From: Eledone cirrhosa | Lineage: Eukaryota | Length of the DNA stretch: 64,000 nt | Direction: 5' to 3' | Assembly (NCBI GenBank): GCA_964016885.1 | Contig: OZ024740.1 | Span: 62,248,001 to 62,312,000, forward strand | Part shown: positions 39,601-49,420 of the stretch, one piece after another | Layout: the number at the start of each line of letters is the position of its first letter | How positions within the stretch are numbered: position 1 is the first letter of the stretch | The notes under the pieces: generated by a model | The model's database searches: none | The model's input: the letters and a program-made list of their open reading frames with translations, nothing else | What the model was told of the DNA's origin: nothing | Position numbers and translations under genes: made by a program

Positions 39601-41629
39601 GTCGATGAATGGCTTGTGAGAGCTATACAAGCCATGTATAAAGAAACAGTCAGCAAGGTTAGAATTAACAACGAATATAGTGAAGAGTTTAGTGTAAAAG
39701 TTGGTGTTCATCAGGGCTCTGTTCTTAGCCCCCTACTATTTATTATTGCCCTCCAGGCTATAACAGTGGAGTTCAAGACCGGCTGCCCATGGGAACTCCT
39801 ATACGCAGATGATCTAACGCTCATAGCTGAATCAATGGCCGAACTAGAGAAGAAATTCCAAACATGGAAGCACGGCCTAGAATCAAAAGGCCTTAAAATT
39901 AACCTGGCTAAGACTAAAGTTCTAGTTTGTAAGAAAGAAAATAAGGCGGCGGTCCCCTCCGGGAAGTGGCCATGCGCAGAGTGTAGGAAAGGCGTAGGTA
40001 GAAATTCCATTTTGTGTCCCAAATGCAAAGTTTGGGTGCATAAAAGATGTAGTGAGATCACAGGTAAGCTAACTAAGAACATAGATTTTACATGTGGCTG
40101 GTGTTCTGGGGCAATAAGTAGCAGCAAGTGCCCACAAAATACTAGCTCTTTCAACTGCGCAGAGGGTTCTATAGAAATAGTGGACAGCTTCCGTTACCTG
40201 GGTGACAAAATCAGCAGTGGGGGAGGGTGCTCTGAAAGTACAGTAGCTAGAGTCAGAACTGGGTGGAAAAAGTTCAGAGAGCTTATACCACTATTAGCCG
40301 CTAAAGGGTTCTCCCTAAAAATGTGAAAGGCAGGCTGTATGATGCCTGCATACGAACAGCAATGTTGCATGGCAGTGAGACCTGGGCATTGTGTGCAGAG
40401 GATATACGCAGACTAGAGAGAAACGAAGCTTGCATGCTCCGCTGGATGTGTAATAGTAATATACGTGAACGACAAAGCATAAACGAACTAAGGAAAAAAT
40501 TAGAAATAAGAGGGATCAGATGTTGTTTACTAGAGAGAAGGCTACGTTGCTATGGTCACGTGATGCGCATGAAGGACGATAGCTGTATAACAAAGTGCAG
40601 GGCAATAAAGATAGACGGTAGCCACGGAATAGGCAGACCCAGAAAAACCTGGGACGAGCTGATAAACTCCGACCTCACACACTTACACCTCACCAAGACA
40701 ATGTCACTGGGCCGAGACCTTTGGCGGTACTCAGTAATAGAGAAGACCCGCCTTACCTAAATACAAAGTAAAACCTACTACAGTCAGTAGGCATCTCTAA
40801 CAAAATACTCCCCCGTCCCACCACCCCCACCCCATCCACACCGCCCCCTTCTATGTAAAGTTATGTTGGTGCCACACCATCCAGGCCGAAACAAATGAGA
40901 TCGTGTAGGTGTCACGACAAAAAAACACACAGTCCACGCTGTAATGTGGCCGTGTAGGCAACACAGTAAAAACCTCCCAGACCCACACTGTAAATGTGGT
41001 TGGTGTTAGGAAGGGCATCCAACTGTAGAAAACCTGCCAGACAGTCCTATGCGAGCAAGACGATCACTCTTGCCTCAAGTGGGAAAACCCCCGTCCAAAC
41101 CCATGCAAGCGTGGAACACGGACGTTAAACGTTGATGATGATGAATCGGGTCAGTTTCAGGCAGGTTTGTATGAAAAGGGTTAATTCTTTTAAACCTTCT
41201 GATCATTTTCTGAATTCAAGGGTTACATCTCATTAGATTATCAAGTGATTGCTTTGAGCCTACTGTATTGTTGGTTATTTACTTTACTGTCTTGTTGAGA
41301 ATGACTTCCAATATAGGGGCAGGGTGGGGGCTTTCTCTTTCTACAGCATTAGATTTTAAAGAAAGCTTGCTAGCTCAATTCTAAGCCCAGTAATAATAAT
41401 AATCCTTTATCATTGGAGTTTGATCACCTTAAAAATCCCCTCTTTGCCTAAACATGCATTTTTTACTAATATACCTTGTTTGTATAATTGTTTTTCTTCT
41501 CTCTTGTATTAATATCATACATAAAGCAAACAATTATTATTATTATTATTATATAAAAACTGAACTGGACTGGGAAAAGTCAACAGTTGACATGATTTTG
41601 ACTTTGTATTTGTATCAGTACTGCCGGTA

Positions 41630-41665
<36 letters not shown>

Positions 41666-44600
41666 TTGTGAGTGGTGTGTGTTTATATGCATGAATGAAT
41701 GTTGGTATGTGAGTGGCGTGTGTGTGTGTTTGTGGTTTGTATGCATGAGTGTTGGTGTGTGAGTGTGTGTGTGTGTGTCGTGTCAATCATTTTTTTAAAT
41801 TTATTTTTTTATTTTTATTTTTTTAATGACCATGCTGTAAAATGGAGGGGTAGAGAGGGCCCTTGAGTCTAGTAAGACATCCTCTCTAGTGCTGGTGGCA
41901 CAAATAAAAGCACCCAGTCCATGCTGTAAAGTGGCGCTGGTGTTAGGAAGGGCATCCAACCAGTGTATCAATGCCAAAACGCTTATCAGCACAGCAACAA
42001 ATAGGAACAACAAAATATGAAGACGTCGCATCTCAGAGTTGCAACACTTAATGTTGGCACTCTCAGAGGTAGATCTGCTGAAATAGCGGAGATGCTGGAG
42101 AGAAGGCAGGTGGATGTTTGCTGCGTGCAAGAGGTGAGATGGAGAGGTGCCTCTGCGAGACTAGTCGTAGGCAAACGTCTTAGCTATAAGCTATTCTGGG
42201 TAGGTCAGGATGATGGGTTAGAGGGAGTAGGCATTTTCCTGGCTGAGAAATGGATCAATAAGACAATAGAGGTAGTTCGAGTTAGTAATCGAATAATTAA
42301 GCTTAGATTAGTTGTAGGTAGGAGACTACTGACAATCATCTCGGTCTATGCTCCCCAAGCAGGCCTAGGCAAAGATGAGAAAGACTGCTTTTACGAGCAA
42401 CTTTTACAAACAACCGCAATGACAGATGACGGAGACATCGTTATGCTAGCAGGAGACTTCAATGGTCATGTTGGACAGCTCCAGGATGGTTACACTGGGG
42501 TACATGGTGGGCACGGTTACGGTTCAAGAAATGAAGAAGGAGTGAGACTTCTTGAATTTTGTGATGCAGGTACATTGACTATTTGCAACACAAACTTCCA
42601 GAAACCTGCCAATCACCTAATAACCTACAAATCTGGTGAGCACATAAGCCAGATTGACTTCTTACTAGTTAGGCAGCGGGACAGCAGATAGTGTCTAATG
42701 CCAAGGCATACCCTGGGGAAGAATGTACCCCACAGCATAAGTTAATCGTTAGTGATATCTCAGTAAGCAAGAGATGGAATGAGACATATAGGAAGGTGTG
42801 GAGAAGAAAGGTCTGGAAGCTAAAAGACCTTTCACTAAAATACAAATTTAGGAAAGGTCCTTCAAGATGTATATGACGAAAAAGAAGTCGATTTAGAGAC
42901 GTATGACATAGATAATAACTGGAATTTCTTACGTGACAACTTGCTGCAGGCTACTGATGAAACTTGTGGCTGGAGCAGAGCTCCAACCAGACAGAGAGTG
43001 ACCTGGTGGTGGAACAGCACAGTAGATAAGGCCATTAGAGACAAAAGACTAGCATGGAAGGCTTGGAAAAAGGGTAGGAGTAGGGAAGAATATACAGCCA
43101 CTAAGAGAGAAGCTAGAAGTCAGGTGTACTTAGCATGCAAGGAGGCAGAGAGTAGGAGGTTTGCCAATGTTCTGCGACGGGAAGATCAGAGGCGTGCGGT
43201 GTTCCACATTGCAAGGCAGTGTGTCAATGCAAATCAGGATGTTGTTGGAGATAAATGTGTCCGGGATGATGCCGGTGTACTTAGTGTCACGAATGATCAG
43301 AAAAAGGAGGCCTGGAAATGTCATTATGAGAGACTGATGAATGTGGAGCACGAATGGGAGAGAGAGAAATTACCCTTAGTAGATTCGACAGAGGGACCAG
43401 CTATTGAGATTGACGAATATAGGGTCCAAGAGGCGATGAAAAATGGTAAGGCTGCTGGACCATCGGGAATAGTTGCTGAGATGCTGAAGGCATCAGGGGA
43501 CGTAGGCACTAAACTGGTTGCACGCATCATCAATCAGGCTATATATGGTGGTGTCATACCCAAAGACTGGTGCAGCAGTATTCTCATAAATTGCTACAAA
43601 GGTAAAGGGGATGCTCTGGAGAGGAGCAATTATAGAGGTATAAAACTGATGGATCAGGTTATGAAAGTGGCAGAAAGGATATTAGCACAACTAATTAGAG
43701 AAAGGGTCAAACTAGATCAGATGCAGTTTGGTTTTGTGCTTGGGAAGAGTACAACAGATGCCCTCTTCTTGGTGAGACAATTGCAAGAGAGGTTCTTAGA
43801 GAAAAATAAGCCACTATACTTAGCCTTTGTTGACCTAGAGAAGGCCTTTGATAGGGTACCCCGATCTGTCATCTGGTGGTCCCTAAGGAAGCTAGGTGTT
43901 GAGTAATGGCTTGTGAGGACAGTGCAAAATTTGTACAGAGGTACTCTCAGTAAAGTCAGAGTAGGAATGGAGTTTAGTGAGGAATTCCAGATACAAGTAG
44001 GAGTACACCAAGGTTCGGTCCTCAGCCCGCTCTTGTTCATTATAGTCCTCCAAGCCATAACAGAGGAGTTTAAGACTGGTGTCCATGGGAACTTCTCTAT
44101 GCTGACGATCTGGTTCTTATAGCAGAATCAGAAGAGGAGCTAGAGAATAAATTCTGGCTATGGGAACAGCAGTTGGAAGCAAGAGGACTGAGAGTGAACC
44201 TAGCTAAGACAAAAGTGTTGATGAGTAGAAAAGAGGACAAAACCCTGATTCCGTCAGGGAAATGGCCATGTTCGATATGCAGAAAAGGAACTGGCATAAA
44301 TTCTATAAAATGCACACAATGCAGATCCTGGGTACACAAGAGATGTAGCGGGATAGCAGGCAAACTAACAGGTAGGGAGAAATATGTATGCAGTAGATGT
44401 ACAGGGAAATTAGACAGTAGAAGTCGCATTGATAGACATATTTTTTAGATGCAGGAGGGCGCTATATAAGTGGTGGATAGCTTCCGGTACCTAGATCAGA
44501 TTAGCATGGGAGGAGCGTGTTCCGAGGCCATAGTATCTAGAATAAGGACGGGTTGGAAGAAGTTTAGGGAACAGCTTCCTCTGTTGACAAAGAAGGGTTT

Positions 44601-47576
44601 CTCCCTGCGTACGAAAGGCCGGTTGTATGATGCCTGTGTGAGGAGCGCGATGCTGCATGGTAGTGAGACATGGGCAGCAACTGCAGAGGATATGCGACGG
44701 CTGGATAGAAATGAGGCAAGCATGCTCCGTTGGATGTGCAGTGCAAATGTGCGTGAACGACCCAGCATAATGTGTTGAAAGAGAAACTGTGTCTGAGAGG
44801 GATAGAATGTAATGTACGGGAGAGGAGACTGAGGTGGTATGGACATGTGAGGCGCATGGAGGATGACCGATGGGTGAAGAAGTGCCAGGAAATGCCAGTT
44901 GAAGGAAGACGTGGTAGAGGTAGACCACGAAAAACATGGGCGGAGGTGGTGAGAACAGACTTCAGATCATTGAAGCTCACGGTGGAGATGACGAAGGACC
45001 GTGACGAGTGGAGAGATGCTGTGCTGAATAAGACCCGTCCCACCCTTGCAAGCAGAGAAAAGCGGACGTAAAATGATGATGATGATATAGAAGAAGCAGC
45101 AGAAACATTAAAAGCATAGGACAAAATGCTCTATCTCTCTGCACTCTGATTACAAATCCTGCTTTGGTTAACCACTATTGTCCTTTCAGGTTGATACAAT
45201 AATGTACCAGTCTAGGACAGTGGATTGGCAGAATTGTTAGAGTATCAGACAAGATGCAATGTTGTATTTGTTCTGGCTCTTTACATTCTGAGTTCAACCC
45301 CTACAGTGATCTACTTGCATGGTAAACTTAATCTGTCCCTTGGGTACCTTTAAAAAAGCTCACACTGTGATAAGCATTCAGGCTAGGTTTCTGGTTTTAG
45401 GACACTTTCCTCTCTCCAACTTGTCTTCAAGGATCTGAAAAGGCTGATGAACAGTGCCCTTCCCTTTCTAACTGAACAATAAAAAAAAAAAAACGTATGC
45501 AAAACACATATCCTCTGCCTATCTTCATTTGCATTTGAGTTTTTCTCTCTTACGAAAATACTTTCTCCTACAATTCTTACACATTGCTCCAACCTTTGCT
45601 AGTAGAAGTAAACAGATCTAAAGAGGAACAAAATGCATCATCATCGTTTTATGTCTGCTTTGCATGCTGGCAGAGGCTGGACAAGTCATAACAGTCTCAG
45701 ACTAGACTTGCCTGAAAACCAAAACATGCTCATACATTCTATATTTGGTCTGGGTTTTACCAGCTGGATGCTCTTCCTGATGCTAATCTAAAGAAAAAAT
45801 ATTTAATTTAATTAATTATTAATATCAATTTGAAGGATTTAACAGTTTTTGTTATTTGTTTTTAATATAGCCCACAGCAAGAATCGCAGAAGATATTCCA
45901 GGCTCAGAATTCTATGGATGCAGAACAATCAAAGGCCAAGGTAAGAGTTATTGTATTACTGAGTTTTTGTAAGCATTTATATAAGGTTGAAACAAGATAA
46001 CTAATTAAATGATCTGCTCCGGTATGAGACACAGACATGACTGAAGGGTTAAGAAATTTGCTTTCTACAATAGCCTCAATCAACCAATGACCTGTGAGTG
46101 AATTTTGTAGATGGAAACTGTGAGAAAGCCCATTGCATAGCTAATTTCATACACACACACATCCACATGTGCTATTATGTATATAAAAAAAAGAGCCTGC
46201 CAGGTTTAACATTTGTTTAAAAAGAAAAAACAGTTTAGGAGGCTCTTCAGGCTGGTGCTTGTCTTGGTTTCCGTGGTGTCCAACACCCTTACCACTAGGT
46301 TTTCACTAGCATTTGTTTATGTCCCACTTAAACAATATGTCTCTCAGCTTAGCAATTCATTGACAGTCAGCTTTATATACCACATAGAAAAAGTATGAGT
46401 TGGTGTCAAGTAGGACATCAGGCTGTAGAAAAACTGTTACATAAAAACTAGTTCAACCTATGCCAGCATGGAGAAAGCAAACATTAAAATGTTTTGTAAA
46501 ACTGTTCCAGACGGTTTGGTACCAAAAGGGTTAAAGATTTTATTATTTTCAACTTCTTTGTGATTTATGTTAATGTTATATTCTAATGAGTACATAATTC
46601 AATTTATTATATTTTTTTCTGAACATTTCAGATCCTTGGTTTCAACTTGAGTGTTTTAGAAGGCATTGATCCTAATAAAGATAATTTTGTGTCAGCTGGT
46701 ATCTTACAAACCAGGAGTCAGCAAATTGGCTGTTTAGTACGATTAGAACCCAATTTACAAGCTCAGGTATGAAATCTTTATTCTTTTGGCTCCCTATGGA
46801 GCATTGGAGCACTGTTTGTTGTTTATGTAGCAATTTTCATTACCGAAGCAAAGGCAAGGTTGCTATCCTCATGCTGAAATCCTTGATTCAATTCCTAAAC
46901 CAGGTGGCATGTTGTATTTTTGAGCAAGTTGCTTCATTTCACATTGCTTTTCATGATAGGATTGGGGCCCCTATTATTAAAGTACCCCAAAACCCTCCTA
47001 TAAGGTGCAACCTTGTAGGAGGTCAGCTAAACCTGCATAAATTTGAGCTGTAAATTTCATTTTTCATTTCATGTGGTGCCCAAGTTACTATATGAAAAGA
47101 TAACCCTGTTAGATATCATATTTATATTCTATGAGTGTAGCCATTCTCAATTTTACTGCTTTCTTTGCATCAGTTGTATGATTTTATAATGTTTTTTTTT
47201 TTTCATAGTGGAGGTGAGGTATATCAGTAACCTTTCATGTTATTAATCATAAGGTTCATGGACTGACAGAATGATTAGTATCAGACAAAAAATGATTTGG
47301 AAGTATTTATTCTGGCTCTTTACATTCTGAGTTCAACTTCCCTTTCGTCCTTCTGAGTTCGTTAAATAAATACCAGTCAAATACTGGGGATTAATTTAAT
47401 CAACTTACCCTATCCTACAAATTATTAGTCTTGTATCTAAATTAGAAACCATTAATAATTATTATTAAACATTAATTTTTATGAATTTTGTTTTGCAGAT
47501 GTATCGTTTGACTGTCAGAGCAAGTAAAGATACAGTGCCAAAGGCTATTGGGGACCTGTTGGCACTTCAATTCTGA
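3967..47576 (+). CDS. AP2A2: AP-2 complex subunit alpha (alpha-adaptin), 5'-partial multi-exon gene; 18 coding exons in window, 749 aa plus stop
   Basis: Manually spliced exons keep consistent phases and translate to the alpha-adaptin trunk, hinge and ear, from GVVTSAASL... to ...[25 protein letters not shown]. Very similar to vertebrate AP2A1/AP2A2; probably the single invertebrate ortholog. About 200 N-terminal aa lie upstream of the window. Confidence 0.97.
6081..6363. mobile_element. Possible solo-LTR-like CpG-rich insertion
   Basis: TGTAG...CTACA termini, internal gatgactcctgcctatgaaga repeats; no target-site duplication found. Confidence 0.3.
7601..7806. mobile_element. piggyBac-like MITE family A
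   Basis: Degenerate TTAA|CCCTTTAGCATT...AATGCTAAAGGG|TTAA termini; internal sequence shared with other copies, including a partial one at 1-45. Confidence 0.75.
8153..8410 (-). mobile_element. RTE family 1 3'-end fragment or RTE-derived SINE
   Basis: Matches the family 1 3' UTR and (GAT)n tail; related copies at about 4433-4590, 36866-37135 and 62866-63085. Confidence 0.75.
10040..11165 (+). mobile_element. Tandem cluster of tRNA-derived SINEs
   Basis: Repeated TGGCAGAA A-box-like and GAGTTCAAATCC B-box heads, then ctttgcctttcatcct...gataaaataaagtaccag central domain; many other copies across the window (for example 19915-20108 minus, 22140-22560, 47255-47455, 57590-58520). Confidence 0.75.
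12804..12912 (+). CDS. AP2A2: AP2A exon ([36 protein letters not shown])
   Basis: tttcag acceptor, gtaaac donor, 109 nt, phase 0/1. Confidence 0.95.
14865..15087 (+). CDS. AP2A2: AP2A exon ([13 protein letters not shown]...[10 protein letters not shown])
   Basis: taccag acceptor, gtatat donor, 223 nt, phase 1/2. Confidence 0.95.
15957..16053 (+). CDS. AP2A2: AP2A exon ([32 protein letters not shown])
   Basis: ttgtag acceptor, gtattt donor, 97 nt, phase 2/0. Confidence 0.95.
16589..17050. repeat. Degenerate minisatellite of about 32 bp (tttgtgactgtccatttgtgatataggcaaca)
   Basis: Recurring gtgactgt / gtgatataggcaa motifs; continues at about 17225-17350 after a SINE. Confidence 0.65.
17701..17928. 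mobile_element. piggyBac-like MITE family A
   Basis: Same TIRs and internal sequence as the other family A copies. Confidence 0.75.
17939..18373 (-). mobile_element. CR1/L2-like LINE 3' fragment
   Basis: C-terminal motif TRGHAHK...[14 protein letters not shown] in the ORF at 18345-18052, (TTA)n tail; the same tail recurs at about 22612-22750 (+). Confidence 0.8.
18745..19028 (-). mobile_element. Old RTE 3' fragment
   Basis: [11 protein letters not shown]...RGRGRPRKT; (GAT)n-like tail. Confidence 0.8.
19301..19438 (+). CDS. AP2A2: AP2A exon ([20 protein letters not shown]...SIREEM)
   Basis: tcccag acceptor, gtatgt donor, 138 nt. Confidence 0.95.
21277..21384 (+). CDS. AP2A2: AP2A exon ([36 protein letters not shown])
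   Basis: tcctag acceptor, gtaggt donor, 108 nt. Confidence 0.95.
21717..21930. mobile_element. piggyBac-like MITE family A, nested in a family B MITE
   Basis: ttaaccctttagcattt...aatgctaaaaggttaa. Confidence 0.75.
23338..23591. mobile_element. piggyBac-like MITE family B (others at about 17477-17606, 34295-34525, and 38231-41183 interrupted)
   Basis: Ends ggttggtatcaaaagggttaa; shared internal catatttctaatgaaagatac...aaataattttga. Confidence 0.65.
23682..23756 (+). CDS. AP2A2: AP2A exon ([25 protein letters not shown])
   Basis: ttacag acceptor, gtaagt donor, 75 nt. Confidence 0.95.
24723..24820 (+). CDS. AP2A2: AP2A exon ([32 protein letters not shown])
   Basis: ttccag acceptor, gtgaag donor, 98 nt, phase 0/2. 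Confidence 0.95.
24908..25967 (+). mobile_element. RTE-clade LINE family 1, heavily 5'-truncated copy
   Basis: ORF 24997-25575 (DSFRYLG...GRPRKTW...KTRLT), same 3' UTR, (GAT)n tail; somewhat more diverged than the other two copies. Confidence 0.95.
26131..26359. mobile_element. piggyBac-like MITE family A, opposite orientation
   Basis: Shared internal sequence reverse-complemented; ends aatgctaaagggttaa. Confidence 0.75.
26505..26634 (+). CDS. AP2A2: AP2A exon ([16 protein letters not shown]...EIKSSIQE)
   Basis: ttttag acceptor, gtatgt donor, 130 nt, phase 2/0. Confidence 0.95.
28231..28780 (-). mobile_element. CpG-rich insertion, LTR-like
   Basis: GC/CpG-rich island in an AT-rich intron; minus strand starts TGTAGTG and contains CCAAT and TATATAAATAAA; flanked by ATTGTTT direct repeats (28224-28230 and 28781-28787). 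Confidence 0.45.
28814..28915 (+). CDS. AP2A2: AP2A exon ([34 protein letters not shown])
   Basis: AAG-type acceptor (ttaaag), gtaaga donor, 102 nt. Confidence 0.92.
28985..29432 (-). mobile_element. Old degenerate RTE 3' fragment
   Basis: Reverse complement resembles the RTE C-terminus and 3' tail seen in the other copies. Confidence 0.55.
29869..30048 (+). CDS. AP2A2: AP2A exon ([25 protein letters not shown]...SSPPSSQ), end of trunk and start of hinge
   Basis: aatcag acceptor, gtctgc donor, 180 nt. Confidence 0.93.
30198..30402. mobile_element. piggyBac-like MITE family A, opposite orientation
   Basis: ttaaccctttagcatttaaa...ctaaagtgttaa. Confidence 0.75.
31425..31442 (+). CDS. AP2A2: Candidate alternative 18-nt microexon in the AP2A hinge (GKFKKR)
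   Basis: tctcttttattgtttcacag|GGCAAATTTAAAAAAAGG|gtaagt: strong acceptor, perfect donor, 18 nt, phase 0 matching the flanking exons. No transcript evidence. Confidence 0.55.
32637..32804. mobile_element. MITE with TTAA target-site duplication and GG termini (Kolobok-like)
   Basis: TTAA|GGCCAGTTACTACAA..ACCATACCAG ... CTGGTATGGCGCCTTTGTAGTAACTGGCT|TTAA, imperfect TIRs of about 28 bp. Confidence 0.65.
33127..33317 (+). CDS. AP2A2: AP2A hinge exon ([17 protein letters not shown]...GLLVDVFAD...DESFK)
   Basis: tttcag acceptor, gtatgt donor, 191 nt, phase 0/2; DLLGL and GLLVDVF motifs are conserved with vertebrate alpha-adaptins. Confidence 0.9.
33385..34170 (+). mobile_element. R4/Dong-like (restriction-like endonuclease) non-LTR retrotransposon, degenerate 3' fragment
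   Basis: [18 protein letters not shown] (CCHC knuckle) followed by LIDIAV...[13 protein letters not shown]...GVLGTV, typical of the RLE region; stops and frameshifts; adjacent TAA-rich tract. Confidence 0.75.
34859..35031 (+). CDS. AP2A2: AP2A ear exon ([27 protein letters not shown]...DKISN)
   Basis: tcacag acceptor; followed by the U12-type donor ATATCCTTT; 173 nt. Confidence 0.95.
35032..35322 (+). other. U12-type (minor spliceosome) AT-AC intron, 291 nt
   Basis: 5' splice site ATATCCTTT at 35032, branch site TTCCTTAAC at 35305-35313, terminal AC at 35321-35322; splicing gives C|AG (Gln) and keeps the frame. Confidence 0.95.
35323..35446 (+). CDS. AP2A2: AP2A ear exon ([27 protein letters not shown]...HIKF)
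   Basis: AC acceptor of the U12 intron, gtaagt donor, 124 nt, phase 1/2. Confidence 0.93.
37668..37784 (+). CDS. AP2A2: AP2A exon ([19 protein letters not shown]...FARWKALN)
   Basis: tttcag acceptor, gtaagt donor, 117 nt, phase 2/2. Confidence 0.95.
37858..38085. mobile_element. piggyBac-like MITE family A, opposite orientation
   Basis: ttaaccctttagtgtttaaac...atgctaaaaggataa. Confidence 0.75.
38453..41143 (+). mobile_element. RTE-clade LINE family 1, 5'-truncated copy nested in a TTAA-MITE
   Basis: ORFs 38716-40326 and 40323-40760 split by a 2-nt TG duplication (aaaatgTGaaagg versus aaaatgaaagg in the other copies); RT motifs; (GAT)n tail. Confidence 0.95.
41826..45086 (+). mobile_element. 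RTE-clade LINE family 2, near-full-length but degenerate (APE endonuclease plus RT)
   Basis: APE motifs (TLNVGTL, VQEVRW, YAPQ, GDFNGH, QIDF) at 42017-42691; RT and C-terminus broken by stops (42689, 43904) and several frameshifts; ends in cccacccttgcaagcag...(GAT)n. 5' boundary approximate. Confidence 0.93.
45871..45940 (+). CDS. AP2A2: AP2A exon ([23 protein letters not shown])
   Basis: atatag acceptor, gtaaga donor, 70 nt, phase 2/0. Confidence 0.93.
46632..46766 (+). CDS. AP2A2: AP2A exon ([15 protein letters not shown]...[13 protein letters not shown])
   Basis: tttcag acceptor, gtatga donor, 135 nt. Confidence 0.95.
47499..47576 (+). CDS. AP2A2: AP2A last coding exon ([25 protein letters not shown])
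   Basis: ttgcag acceptor, TGA at 47574-47576. Confidence 0.95.
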   Translation: MYRLTVRASKDTVPKAIGDLLALQF

Positions 47577-49420
47577 GTGGAGAAAGAATAAAAGATAATA
47601 CTTTTGACATTTAACATCATCTGTGAACTTTCTTCCTGGCAGATAAAGAGCAATTAATTAATATATAAAATATATAAAGATAAAGTGAAGCAGGATTGCA
47701 ATACAACAGCATTAACAAAAACATTTTGTGATGAAAAAGTGAAATGCAAGTAAAAAAAATTAAAGAAAGAACAAAAATAATTGCAGGAAAAAAAAGAACA
47801 TGAGGATGATCAATTCTTTCTTTAGAATTAATAAATATGTGTCCAAAATTGTTAAATTTTTATCTACCTTGCCATGTCCAGTTTGGTGTTTGACTGGTGT
47901 TCAGTTATAATAATAAGGAAGAGGAGACTACTTGGCTTAAGTTTAGGTGGAAGGAAAAGGGAAAAAAATTAATAGGATGTTGTAACTGAATACATAAAAA
48001 CAAATTATAGCTAGGCATCAAAATGGCAGGAGTGTATGGGGAGGAGAATTTAGATTAGGGTATTACCAGCCAACAATTTAATGTGTTTGTGATGATTTAA
48101 AAAAATATAAACAACACCATAAAATATAAAACAAAACAATTGTTTAATATTTTGAGCAGAAGGACTTATTGCTGACTGGTAGTGTGTTTCTTAGTTGACT
48201 TTCAGATGTTTTTAAAGACCAAAATAATAATAATGATACAGAATGGAAATTTAAAATATTTCACTATTCCATCAAAAATACCAAAGCTCCAACATGATGT
48301 CCTCTCTAAGTTAATGCTTTGTTATTATAAAAACGACAACAACAAAAAAAAAAAATGATGACTTCTCACTCTCTTCTCTTGCATTGTCTTGCTGCTGCCT
48401 TTACTCTCCTCTCTTTCCCATCTCCCTTACCCATCTTAGCGTTTCCTGTTTCTCACACACACACATATACACACACATATTGAAAGAAAGAATGTGTGTG
48501 TATGTGATGTGATTGCAAAGGTGCATGTGTAAGAGTGTGTGAGTGTGTGTGTGGGTATTGACTATTTTTTATCATTTAGCTGTCAGTCAGTCAACTTAAG
48601 TGTCCTGCCTCTTTGCTTTCTGTTCCCCCTCTACTTCGTTTTCTGAATGGTAAAGAAGATACAACATTGTTACAGTTGTGCACTTGGTGTATATAATATA
48701 ATATAATAGCTTGGTTAGTGTATTTACTGTATATTATACTGTTTACTGGTGATTAATTGTTTTTTTTTTCTTCTTCTTCTCATTAGTGACATACAAACAA
48801 AATTACAAATTAATTAACTAGATTAGTTAACTATCTATTAAGTTTGGTTGATAATTTGTTCAGATGTAAATTTACTTTCAAGTATTATGTAAATGTTGGT
48901 GAAGATGGAAACCTATTTGCAGGGAATGGACTAGTAGCTGGTTTTTTTAAAAATCTGTACAAACCAACCTTCATAACAAACAACCTTTCTAGTTTGTTGC
49001 CATTGTCCTGCTTATTTGTTAGTGTTGGGGAGTTAGAAAAAGGAGACCTTCTCTATCTATCTAAGTTACATCATATAAAGTTCTTTTGCTCATCACCAAC
49101 ATCCAACTATGTTTGCTGTCTCTAGTTACAAAAGTAAAGAACATATAAAATGAAAAGAAAAAAAAACAACAGCATTCAGCATTATATACTACTCTCAATT
49201 CCAGTCAAATATATCCAATGGTGGTGACCCAACATGGCCACAGTTCATGGGCTGGGACCAGTAAAAGAAAATATATCACATAGTAATTGTGTGAGATTTT
49301 GTTACATTGATAATTCTCTTGTTAACTTATGTTACTCAACTGTTTCTTAATCTGATATTGGTCATATCATGCGTATCTTCATTCAGTTGTCATTCTCTAT
49401 GGCAAAAATAAATAAATAAA
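47577..49420 (+). other. Probable AP2A 3' UTR (extent uncertain)
   Basis: TE-poor AT-rich sequence after the stop; AATAAA at about 47588 and 47830, and overlapping AATAAA cluster at about 49407-49420. Confidence 0.4.
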
